From Massalongia carnosa (Eukaryota): 64,000 nt of DNA. The position numbers and the translations under genes were made by a program. Position 1 is the stretch's first letter, and every line of letters starts with the position of its first letter. The notes beneath the pieces are model-generated. The model was not told where the DNA came from and did not search any database. It was given only the letters and a program-made list of their open reading frames with translations. Below are positions 13,901 through 25,161 of the stretch, in pieces. Location of the stretch: positions 992,001 to 1,056,000 of the forward strand of contig OZ287087.1 of NCBI GenBank assembly GCA_965645245.1, written 5' to 3'.

Positions 13901-14392
13901 CTTGATCTGATTGAAGGCATCGTCATACTCTGAACAGTATTGAATGACTGTGTCGAAGTCTCTCATCTTTTTCGTACTAACCCTCAAGATGACATCCGTG
14001 ATGCTCATTGGTGCCACGTCCTGGAATCTATTCTTCAGAATGGCCCACATCTCGGCAGCGGTCTTGTTATAGATGAGGTTGTAGTGACATGGTGCAACCA
14101 GTCCATGGATGATTCCAATAGCCTTGGTCATCTCGGTTTTCTGTCTGTTCTTATCATCCCGAAGTTCTTTGACGAGGATTCTGGTAGTAAGACTGGCCGG
14201 AGTAAACCCTGATACGATGAGGCTCTCTCTGATGGAGTTCAATGAGATCTCTGGTTGGATTTCCAGAATGGCTGTGTCACAGTTATTCTTCAGCAGAATA
14301 CCTCTGGTGTAACTAGCCCATGCTGAGTAGAGTTCCGAGTTCTCTGGAAGGTGAGGCTTCTCTGTAGAACTGTTAATGTCAGGAAGAGACAT
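10920..14392 (-). pseudogene. Copia gag-pol, fragmented
   Basis: gag 13580..14392; protease WLLDSAADMHVC; GAG-pre-integrase WHARLGY; integrase VHSDLVGP; RNase H GYSDSDWAGD, SSTEAEY, DNQSAI. Confidence 0.9.
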
Positions 14393-15434
14393 GATGAAGT
14401 CAGATGAAGAGAGTCAGATGAAGATAAAGAAGAGGTCTCTAGTAAACTTCTGTAGATTGAAAGGTATATAAGTTTCTGAGATTGGTGCAGAAGTAGGATG
14501 TGCACTGAAATGAATGGAGGATATGGGAATATGTGATCTAGTTATAGACAAAACATTTCCCTTCCTTTGTCATCAAACTGTGATGTTCCTTTCTTTGCCA
14601 CAACGTTTGTACCCTCATGAAAGAACTCTCTTCAGATGGTGAAACTTGTCACGATTCTACCTTTTGCCTTTAGGAACTAAGCCTAATCGAGCACCTACGG
14701 AAACCGTGGACGGACCTGTCGGCCGGCCGGCAGGAGTCACGAGATAGCGCGGAAAACTCTTTCGCGAACTTACTGAGTGGGGACTAGAGAGCGCGTTGCT
14801 TTATAGGGAACGAGTCCGACTTTTCGAGTCTTTCTTTCCTCTTTATCTTTATTGTTTTCGTTCATGACGTCCCTATGACTAGCCTCTAGGTAGACCGTAA
14901 CAAAACATTCACTTGGTGGTGTGGAGATAGGGGGCTGTCGGAACCACGGTCCGACCATTTCATTTAATAGACTGCGAATGTTAAATGGAATAAGGTTTTT
15001 TCCGGATTCCGAATTTCCCGATTGAGGCGTTCTGCTTAATTGAAGTCTGATTACTCCATCTGTATACGCGTAGACTAGTCAGAAAGTCTGTTGATGAATA
15101 ATGCAGCAAGGATCAAAGCTTGGAACTGAATTTCCGTAGTCTGTCTCTGGATCAAAGTATGTTGAGTGGTGATGCAGCAAAAGTCAGAATGAAGTCTACC
15201 CTTGGGTCAACGTCAGTTATTTGATGATTCAGCAGAAATCGGACCATGAAAGATAGTTTAGATGGTCGGTCTCTGGGTCAAAGTAAGTTGAGTGGTGATG
15301 CAGCAAAAGTCAGAATGAAGTCTGCCCTTGGGTTAACGTCAGTCAATTGATGATTCAGCAGAAATCAGAGTTTCATAAGTGGTCAAGGCCGCGCTGCGCG
15401 GTTTTTGAACAAAACTCAGTGAAAAGGTCTGTTC

Positions 15435-15806
15435 CTGGGTCAAAGTCAAATGAATGATGATGCAGCAGAGGTCAATCGTTGGAACTGGTCCACTGGAGTT
15501 CCGTCTCTGGGTCAAAGTCAGATGAATGATGATGCAGCAGAGGTCACTCATTGGAACTGGTCCACTGGAGTTCTGTCTCTGGGTCAAAGTCAAATGAATG
15601 ATGATGTAGCAGAGGTCACTCATTGGAACTGGTCCACTGGAGTCTATCTCTGGGTCAATGTCAAATGAGTGATGATGCAGCAGAGGTCAAACCTTGGAGC
15701 TAGTCCACTGGAGTCTGCCTCTGGGTCAAAAGTCAAATGGATGGTATTGCAGCAGAGGTCAAACAATGGAATTGGTCCACTGGAGTCTGCCTCTGGGTCA
15801 ACGTCA
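15435..15806. repeat. Tandem array of ~72-bp units (5 copies) in the Copia-1 leader
   Basis: Units CTGGGTCAAAGTCAAATGAATGATGATGCAGCAGAGGTCA...GGTCCACTGGAG start at 15435, 15507, 15579, 15650 and 15721; more degenerate related units at ~15085-15370. Confidence 0.92.
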
Positions 15807-16228
15807 CCCTCCGGAGTGCCTCTCAGATATTCGGGCATGAGAGCATTCTGATGGTCTGATATGAAGAGAATGTCTTCTGATGCTTATAGTCTGGCAAAGA
15901 GCCTCTCTGCTTATGATGTAGATGATTTCCATGATCTTTCTGATAACCATTTGTAGGTAGAGAACGCTGGATCAGGTGACGTTGTTGTTAAACGTCTCTA
16001 TCTAATTGAGAGGTTGTCATGATGTGCATTTACGAAGCTGTTCAACTAGCTAGACTTGCGGGTGCGATTCCCGCCTGATTCAGGCATGTAAACAAGTAGA
16101 GATTTAGTCTTTGCATTGTCTATCTAGTTCTTTTCGAGAAAAAATAATGATGCTCAGCTAATGATTTTGCATCGTGATGCTGCGGATAAGAATTACTTCG
16201 ATTCCTGTAAGATCGATAGCGCTCTTCC

Positions 16229-16240
16229 GGGCTCATAACC
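16229..16240 (-). other. Primer-binding site GGTTATGAGCCC (half-tRNA-iMet type)
   Basis: Directly abuts the 5' LTR; resembles the Ty5/Drosophila copia PBS, which pairs with the tRNAiMet anticodon region. Confidence 0.8.
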
Positions 16241-17989
16241 TGTTGAATAGGTCTATGACGATGGCCATATGACTAGGTAAAGATAGGGGCCTGTATAACC
16301 ATGATGTTAAGGAAGCAGAGATGCTACGGAGTGCAGAGCAATCTGTTTCTTTTATCTTAGTCACCTCTGCTAAGCGAGATGGTAATAGTTTATCCGAGCC
16401 TCTATGCGATTAGATTAGATTTGATCTTATCTAATCTATCGGCTAGGCAATGCTGGTAGAAGTTGAACATTTAAAAACCAGTTATGATTTGCATTGAAAT
16501 CTCCACATATTTCGAATTGATCATTGAATTTAGGTTTATATTTGACTAAAAGTCGGTCGATTGTATATGTTTCTCGATCATTTTGACTTTTTGTAAATGT
16601 TGATAATATGCACTTTTCGAAATTCATCAATTGTAATCTGAATAATTTCCATATCGGTATCGTCAATAAGATCCGTTCTAGGCGTGCATTGTAATTTCGA
16701 ATTACATTTTGTGAAAAATATAGCTACTCTCGAGTGATAAGCTGCTATTTCCGGCATAATGCATGTGAATGACGGATGAGAGATAGTTTTTTGATAGCGT
16801 ATCCAAGGTTCCTGACATGAAACAATATCAATTTGATTTAATATTACATATTCTAGACAAGAAATCATTGCATTCGTTGACTTTACATAATTGTGTTGAA
16901 TAAATTTGACATTTTTTATATTTTCGATGTTTGTCAACGAATGCTGTCCTGCCATTACAAAACGGATAATTCGTCAATCGATTTTCGAACGTTTAACGAC
17001 GCAATCATTTCAAATCGTTCATCATTTGACTGATGATTTTGATTGCAATTGACGCATTTGACGACGACATGTGAACACCCTATTTTGGATTTGCAAGTTG
17101 TGCATTCATGATTTTGAGTTTCATAATTTTGTGCACATATATTTCATTTCGCTTGATATTTGCATTGACAATGCTTGTTTCCAAATTTTCGGCAATTGAT
17201 GCATTGCGTATTCTGACGAACGGAGGTATATATTTCCGTGTTATAGTGTCTTCCCGCGATATTTACACCTCTCAACGCGTACAAAGCAATATCTAAGAAT
17301 GATAAAATAGAGTTGAAATCTCCTTCGTGAAGTCTCTATCCAAGTTATCGTTCATCTCACTGGTGCGTTTTACGGCCCAAGACTATGGATAAATTCTACT
17401 ATTGGGGTAAACGACGTCCCTTTCGCCCAGGTCAAACCCAGTTTACTCCTTAAGTATATATCAAGGGCTAGTCTAGCCGTAGCCCATGCGCCGGCGAAAC
17501 GACGGGGTCTCGTTACGAGCGAGATAGAGATTCCCTGCTCTATATACACCGACATACGCATACTGTCCTCTCGGGCTATGCAGACGGTCTTCGTACGGTG
17601 GCCGCCATTGCATACCACGCCTCACGGGTTTTTTATGCCCACTTCGCGTTATTCATAAAGGTTTCCCGTTTATGAACCGACCATGTCTCGGAGGGGTTTC
17701 GACTACTATGCTCCTGACTGTAAGAACCTCTATCCAGGGAATATAAATAGTAGTCATCTACCTAAGAGGCTAAGCATGAAGAAGAGAATTCTATCTACAA
17801 AGAAAAATGTGAAATCTATATACCCCGTTTGCCCTTCTTCTCGAAGTTTCCATCAGGCTCTTGAAGCTTATCTCCGAAGCTTCGGTCGGAAAGAGCCGTT
17901 GGATTTAGCGCTCCCAAACCCGAGTCCTAACACTAACCCCCCCTCTTGGTTAGCGAGCTCCTGACCGCTGTCATGTGATTAGCTTCGGT

Positions 17990-20900
17990 CGCGGCTACTT
18001 TGGATATTTCTGATGATATTCTTCCACAGTTTCTTTTGAATTCGCAAAATCTTCGGCTGGATACCATGTGTTATCCGGTGGGTAATTGCTCTATTTTACC
18101 TTGTATTGTAGCTTCTTGTTGAAAGTTCTTGAATCCAAAATATCATCAATTTCAAATTCTTCCTCGTTGTCAATTATTACCGGTGGTGGAGGTGGGGGTA
18201 TTTGTCCGGGCAATCGGTCTTACTTGCTGGTCGGAGTAATAATGAATGGAAAATATCGTGTATTTTCATTGATGCTGGAAGATCTAACTTATAGCTATTC
18301 CCCAAAGCTTTTAATATCTTGTACGGTCCGATCATCTTATGATCTAGCTTTTTCGAAGACGTTTCCGTTTTGATATTTTTAGTTGATAGCCTAACTTCAT
18401 CTCCTTCTTTATAGGTTGGTGCTTCCTCCCGATGATTGGCGGGAATCTCTTCTGACTTTCTTGGCTTCGTACTAAGTTTTCTTTTCCGAATTCCCAGATT
18501 TCTCCATTACTTGGCCGATGTTTTTTGCTCGAGTTTTCAATATTCTTTTTCTGGCCGATCCAGTAGATGCGTCAATCGGATAGAAGCTCATCCTCGGTTC
18601 ATACCCATAGTTGACCTGAAATGGAGATAATCCACTTGAAGCTGAGATACAGGTATTTGATGCGAACTCGGCTATCGATAGTTACTCTGTCCAGTCATCA
18701 TGCTGATAATTGACATAGGTTCTCAGATATCGCTCCATTTCTTGATTGGATATTTCACTTTAGCCGTTGGTCTCGGGATAGAATGCGGTTGATAACTTGG
18801 CTTTTATTCCCAGCATTACGCATAGCGATTTTCAAACTAGCGATACGAATTGGGGTCCCCTATCTGAGATTATCGTGGTCGGTAGGCCATGCAATTTCCA
18901 TACATGTTTTATTAGCATTCGGGCTATCTCTTCGGCAGTTATCCCTTCTTCGTCCGTGGTACATGGGATGTAATGATGCATCTTGGAAAATCGGTCTACT
19001 ACTATTAATATTGCATTATGACCCTTGCTTTCGGGTAGGCCAGTTACGAAATCCATTGATATATCTGTCCAGGGCCGGTCTGGTATAGGTAGCGGATTTA
19101 ATAGTCCGGAATAGACGTCCCTTGGAGCTTTTGCTCTTTTGCACGTATGACAATTTCGAATGTATTGTTCTTTGGTCCTTTTATCTTTGGCCAAAAAAAG
19201 AATTTCTTCATTATCTCGTAGGTCCGCTTTTTCCCGGGATGGCCAACGGCTGGTTGATCGTGAACTTCCTGTATCAGCTTCATTCTCTTTTCTTCGGGGA
19301 CAAATACTTTGGCATTATTTTCGAGCAGATCTTTCGACTTTTCTACGTTGATCTCGTTCATTTCAAACCCCATTTCCTTTTTGATTTGAGGGTCTAGGCT
19401 TTCGAGAGGTAAGATTATCTGATTTTGATGCCTTTGCCTGTCATCTTCCTCTGATTCGGGCCTGTCTCCTTGTCTTCTAGTTAGTGCATCTGCCTTCGTA
19501 TGGAATTTTCCAGCTTGGTATGAGATGTCAAAATTGATATCGACCAGAAATTCAGCCTATCTGGCCTGTCGCCTATATAGCTTTTTGGTTGTCATGAAAT
19601 ATTCCAATCTTTTGTGGTCGGTCAACACTTTGATTGGGAGCTCGGTGGATTGCAGCTCAGGCCTCTATTGCTCGAAACATTTGATTATTGCAAGCAATTC
19701 TTTATCGTATATTTCATAATTGCATTCGGCTGGCAACAGGCTTATTGAAAAGAAGGCTACTGGTCTGATAAGTCCATCTTCCCCTCTTTGCGATAATACT
19801 CCGGCTGACACATAATCAGATGAATCCGATTCCACGAACGTTTCTCGGCTTGGGCTGAAATGCGCGAGGACCGGGGCCTCGGTCACCCGTCTTTTCAATT
19901 CGGAAAAAGCTGCTTGGCAGGCTGGGGTCCAATTGAATTGTTCGTCTTTTCGAGTTAGATGTACGAGGGGTTTGGTTATTTTGGAGAAGTCTTTGATAAA
20001 ACGTCTATAAAAGTTGATAAATCCTAGAAAGCCCTGCACCTGTTTAAGATGCCTAGGGATAGCCCATTCGACGACTGCCTCAATTTTGGTAGGGTCTATC
20101 TTGATCCCATTCCGCCCGACTACCACTCCTAGGAACTTTGTTTCGGTCACATGGAATTCGCATTGATCCATATCAGCCTGAATACCAGCTTCTCGAAGCT
20201 TTTGTAGAACCTTTCGAACATGTTTTCGGTGGTCAGTCATGGTTTCACTATAAACCAAGAGATCGTCCAGATATGCTATGAGGAATTCGTCTAGATATTC
20301 TAAGAAGGTATCGTTATTGAAGTTCTGAAACGTAGCAGGGCCGTTGGTCAGTCCGAAGGGTAATACTAGAGATTTATATGACCAAAATCGCGTGCGGAAG
20401 GTTGTGAGATCTTCGTCCTTTTCGGTTTTCATCCTAAGTCGGTTAAAGGCATGTCGAATATCTATTCTTGTCAAAAATTTAGCCCTGGCCAATCGAGACA
20501 TTATCTCAGATATCAGAGGTAGGGGATATAGATTTTTTTTGGTGATTTCGTTTAGCTTTCGATAATCGACGCAGAACCGAAATCCTTCACTCGGTTTCTT
20601 GGCGAATAGTATCGGCGAGGCAAATGGGGCCGAGCTGGCTGTAATAAATCCTTTCTTCAGATTTTCTTCCAAATATCTCTTGACCAGTAGGAGTTCTCCC
20701 TCTGACATTTTATATAGCGGGGCATGCCCAGGTCCTTCTTTAGCTTCTAGCAATTCGCTTGTATGGTTATGCTTTCTATGAGGGGGCAGTTCATCAGCTT
20801 TTTCCTTGGAGAAAACATCAAGAAAATCGTGATACTCGAGGGGGACTATGGTCTTAGGATCGGTATTTGGCTTTTCTCCCTTGGCTAGTTCAAAGTTGAT

Positions 20901-21650
20901 ATCTCTCAGCGAGACTGCAAATATCTCGACATCCTTTTGTTTCGTTAATACATTAAATGGGTCTGCACCTATCATCGCTATATTCAGGGCTTCTTCGCTC
21001 TCGGCGTCTTTTCTCCAAGACTTTTTCTTCAAGATATCTTCCTTTCTTGATCTTCGAACTGAAATCGGGTTCGAGTTGCTATGATTCTTTTCATCGGGTT
21101 CGTCTCTTTTCAATATCTTCTTTGGTTGGAATATAGGCGTGGTGTCCTTTGTTGAGCCTAGTTCTTCTCTCCTGATTGGTGACGATGGGAAAGGCCTTTC
21201 GGGGGCACCTAGATGATTGCAATGATCGGGACGAAAATAAATCGAATTCGTATGCCTATGATAGCTAACACTATGTTTTCGCATCCAAGACTTGCCAAGA
21301 GTAATCGTTTGTTGGCTCAGCTCGGTGATCAACATTGGTATTGAGCTCTCGGTATGGTTTCCAATTTTCAGAGATGGATAAATAGCCTGGGTAATAGGCT
21401 TGCATTTTCTTCCATCATATGCCTTTATCTCTTTCCGTCTATTTAACGTCACCGGTGAGATATTTGCCTTTTCACATATTTCCTGCGCAGTTAGTCTATC
21501 AACAAAACAATAACCAGTATATCCAGTATCAGTCATCGCTCTCGTATTAAATATATTTCCTACGATACAATCTTCCATTACTGGATGGTCATCGAATAAA
21601 TCATCCTCCATAAAGAAAGATCTGATAACCAACTCATCTACCCCCGCCGC
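17990..21650 (-). pseudogene. Gypsy-1 pol (PR-RT-RH-IN-chromodomain), disrupted
   Basis: ORF 19665..21632 (DTG, FCVDYRKLN, PFGLTNGPATFQ, YLDDLLVYS, ESDSS); IN ISMDFVTGLP, SDRGPQF; chromodomain EFEIDDILDS...YKVK..NTWYP at ~18020-18170. Confidence 0.92.
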
Positions 21651-21652
21651 GT

Positions 21653-22947
21653 CTATGACGGAGGTGCGTCTTTTCTCGAATCTTTTGCTTCTGCGCTCAT
21701 CTCGCTAACCCGTCCCTTTCTAGGCTGAGGGCAGTCTTTGGCCATATGCCCGGTCAGATCGCAGTTAAAACATCTTCCTTCCTTTATTCTTTTCTCCATA
21801 ATTGGATCGGGATGGGGGGCTTGGGCCATAAAGGGCGTTGAAGATCGGCTGCTGGTGGCGGAAGGCGTTGCGGGAGTACGGGTTAATGCGGGGGTGGAGG
21901 CCTTTATGATTGAGGTAGTCCCACCGGCCGTGCTTGCGATAAGTACTGAGGGGCCAACAAAGTTCTTTCGATAGCCTTTCGTCTTGGTCTCAACCTCGCG
22001 GATGGTCTGATCAGTATGCATGCGTAGGCGTGCGAATTTATACAAATCGGTGGCCTTGTAGGCCTCGACGGCTAGCATCTTCTGGAGCTCAAAGTTCATC
22101 TTATTGCGGAGCTCATTTAGTAGGGTCTTTTCGGAATATTCAAGTTCGTTGGCTAAGCGTTAGAATTCTGACCAGAAAGCATGGAATTCTCGATATTTAC
22201 CCACTTGTTTAAGGTCGCGGAATTCTCGCAGTGCTGTTTGTTCCTTGTGAGGATCACCATATACTCGGTTTAAATTATCGAAAATCTCTTCAGCAGTGGT
22301 AAATGGATTGGTAGACTCCTTTCTAAATCTAGAGGCTATAATCTTGACTGCCTTACCACCAACCCGAGTCCGTACATATGCCTTTTTCATGGCCTCGGTA
22401 GGGTACCAATCCGCATTACCTTCTAACTTATTTCGCATGCTAGATAGCCAGTCCTCGAAGTTGTCGTCTTTATTATTTTCGAGAATGGGTGGGTCAGGAA
22501 GCTCGGAAGATTTGCCAACTCCTTCGGGGGCAGGTGTTGACGCGGTAGTGGTCGTGTGTGTATACACATTCTCGGCCGATGCGTTGCTTGCGGACGATAT
22601 GTTGGTGTTTTGAAGAAATTGGATTATCACCTTAGCTTTATCCAATTCCTCTTGGGCCGAGTCCCGCTTATCGCGAAGGGTCCGGGCTATCTCTAACGTT
22701 TCATTGAATCATTCGGCCACCTTGTTCAATAGGTGGGTCTTCGTTCGGGACTCCGTCTTCAACTCAGTTATCATTTCCACCACCCGCTGGGGGTCCTGGC
22801 GGACAAATTCATTCAGTCTATCCACGGATTCGATGCTATATGGGAGTCATCATCAATAATATTAGGGACAATATACTCACGTCGGCCCTCCATGGGTTCG
22901 TCTATAGTGAGCCTACTCCTTCGAGGCTCGGTGATTACGCGGGGCAT
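21653..22947 (-). pseudogene. Gypsy-1 gag, disrupted
   Basis: ORFs 22160..22645 (LPDPP, FEDWLSSMRNKL) and 21653..22099 (CCHC knuckle); putative ATG at 22947. Confidence 0.85.
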
Positions 22948-23489
22948 TTTTCTTTCTTTCTTGGGGGTGTTCTTATCTTGTGATCTTCTATTCGATGGCC
23001 GAGAAATCCTGGTTTCTACGATCCTGGATTCTGGTTCTTCTGGGTCTGAGTTCTTCTTTTGATTTTGGTTATTCTGGTGACCTAGAAATCCTTGCTTCTA
23101 AGGTCCTATGATCTGGTTCTAGTCTAAGTTCCGGGTTCTTCTTACGCCGCGGAATGGGTTTGGTTGGGTTGGGTTCGGGTTGGGTTTTCATTGGGTTACC
23201 CAAATCACATGCTTAGTAATGGCAATCAATAACCTTGACTTATCAACGTGGCAATCGGCGTTAGTATCTTATGTATACTCAACTATACCATCTACTTACC
23301 ACCAGGCATACTCTTCCTGGTGGTTGGTTTTCTTAACGCACCAGTTCTGGCACCTGGTCCGGGTATAGAGATGCTTAGGGACAGTCGCTATTTTACTACT
23401 CATCCAGGTTGCGTACAAGCTAGCAGTTACACTACGTATTAATAATGTTGCTATTACTGACTAAGTGTATTCAACACCAACAAATCTAC

Positions 23490-24960
23490 CTATTGCGATG
23501 ACTTCAACTCCAAAAACTCGTCAGCCAATTGCGATACATCATCTTTTCTAGGCTTCATGGTTTTGGCAACCTTTCTCACTTGAGCCCTAGCCTGTTTGAC
23601 TGATTTCTCGACTCTTTGCTGAGATTCCAACTCCAACTGAGCCTTTGATTTCTTCGCCACACCCCGAGACCTTCGCGTTGTTGAAGAGGAAGTAGGGAGA
23701 ATTTGACTGGCGCGCACGTTTTGGCTAAGACTATATAGAAATGGAGCCGGCGCTGCCTGAGGTAGGGCTTTTTGACTATGCTTGGCAAGCACATCGTCAA
23801 TACCTTCGAGCGAATCCGACCATGCTTCTGATGTAAGAATAATATCATTTTCATCATCCGAAGGAAGCATAGGATTCATAGAGCGGCCGAGAATGGGCTG
23901 AGTGCTTATATACTGCACCTCGTCATCGTGGTCGGAGACGATAGACGCGTTTTCAATTCTCTCCATAACTAATTTTACTCCTAAACCTAATGTACCCAAT
24001 ATTAGCCGACCCGAGCGCAATAACTTTGCAATATCGTGAATTTTACAATCTGTTTCACCTTCAACCTCATCTTCGCCCCCAGCACGCAATTTATTATATC
24101 TAAGCCTCCTCCTTTGTTCAATAGAGTCCCTTCGCCTAGTACGTCGCTGTTCAGTTTCTCTAGCCTCAGCTGCCGCGCGACCAGTGTAGGCACGTCGACG
24201 ACTCCCTCCTTTCTTAGACATGAGGTTTTCTTTGGGCCGAATTTCGTCGGGGAATGTGGTGGGGATGAGAGGTCTTACCAGCTCCTTCTTTTGCCATTTC
24301 TTAATGAACTTTTCAACGATGTGAGCATGCTCGCGAGCGTACTCCTCCCATCGATGAATCTTCTATTGATTGATGCAGGTCAATAGATTGATATGCCACA
24401 GAACGTAGCAAATCAAGGCCCCCGCGGCGAAATCTATCCTCATTCAACATGCCTTCTTCGAGCTCGACCTCATCCTTATCCGCCTATATCTCTCCCGATC
24501 CTTCGACCTCATCGACGATCTTTTCGACCTTGGGCTCCGAGCCGCGAGCGAAATCGAAGGTTATTTGCCAAAAGACCACATAAGGTTGGCTATCAAAAAA
24601 CTAGCGGGGGTGGATGAGGGAAACGGGAATAGGGACCGAGTCGATGATGTAGTTATACAACCAGCATATGCATGGAAGACCGTACCTTAAAGGCAATTCA
24701 CAATTATAAACACAGCTTCCACTATCAGGAACAATAGAAAAGATTCGTTCAGCTAATGATATAGCGGCATCGAGTTCTCTTGAAACGAGGCCCATGGCAT
24801 GATGCGTAATTTTCCCAATGAGTAGCGTAAAAGCACTTCTATCGATCAATCTAGGATTGCGTATTCACTGTTGATTGCACAAAATCTCCTGATCTAACTG
24901 TTTTATCCGCACCTCATCACATATTTTCTGCACCGATTGTCTTATAGACAAGGGTAAATA
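23490..24960 (-). pseudogene. Mutator-like (MULE) transposase C-terminal fragment inside the hAT
   Basis: ORF 24601..24849 has SWIM-like C.YNCELPLRYGLPCIC.L...IHPR, followed by a basic low-complexity tail (ORF 23490..24221); no DDE core or own TIRs seen. Confidence 0.55.
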
Positions 24961-25055
24961 GTAAGTGAGGTATGCATGCGTTGGATTTGACTGAGTGTTT
25001 AGAACGTAAACGTAGTTATTAATTTTTTATCGCAGCATAATCTAGTAAATGAAGT

Positions 25056-25125
25056 TACATTCCTACTGCTACATTCCTACTGCTACATTCCTACTGCTAC
25101 ATTCCTACTGCTACATTCCTACTGT
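25056..25125. repeat. Minisatellite (TACATTCCTACTGC)x5
   Basis: 14-bp unit, 5 copies, just upstream of TATATATA and the transposase ATG. Confidence 0.95.
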
Positions 25126-25161
25126 AACATCCTATATATACAATCCTCGTCATTCGCAACA

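Larger units (their letters stand above)
10622..16476 (-). mobile_element. Ty1/copia LTR retrotransposon (Copia-1), RT core deleted
   Basis: LTRs 10622..10856 and 16241..16476; PBS GGTTATGAGCCC; PPT GAGGGAGGG; degenerate TSD AAAAG/ACCAG (uninterrupted LINE-A reads GAATTCC-ACCAG-TTATG near 52455); domain order gag-PR-IN-(RT)-RH. Confidence 0.93.
6498..17292 (-). mobile_element. AT-rich LINE-A copy (5'-truncated in ORF1 C-terminus; APE-RT-RNase H ORF2), interrupted by solo LTR S1 and Copia-1
   Basis: Fragments CQEPW (16578..16955), ICGDFNA, SAIDAV..QGSTISPI (9097..9474), SPSFIDN (8824..9057); 3' UTR matches those near 39240 and 40600; sequence rejoins across both insertions. Confidence 0.88.

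Noticed and set aside
15435..15806. CRISPR-like repeat-spacer array
   Set aside because: The whole 72-bp unit is conserved; there are no unique spacers.
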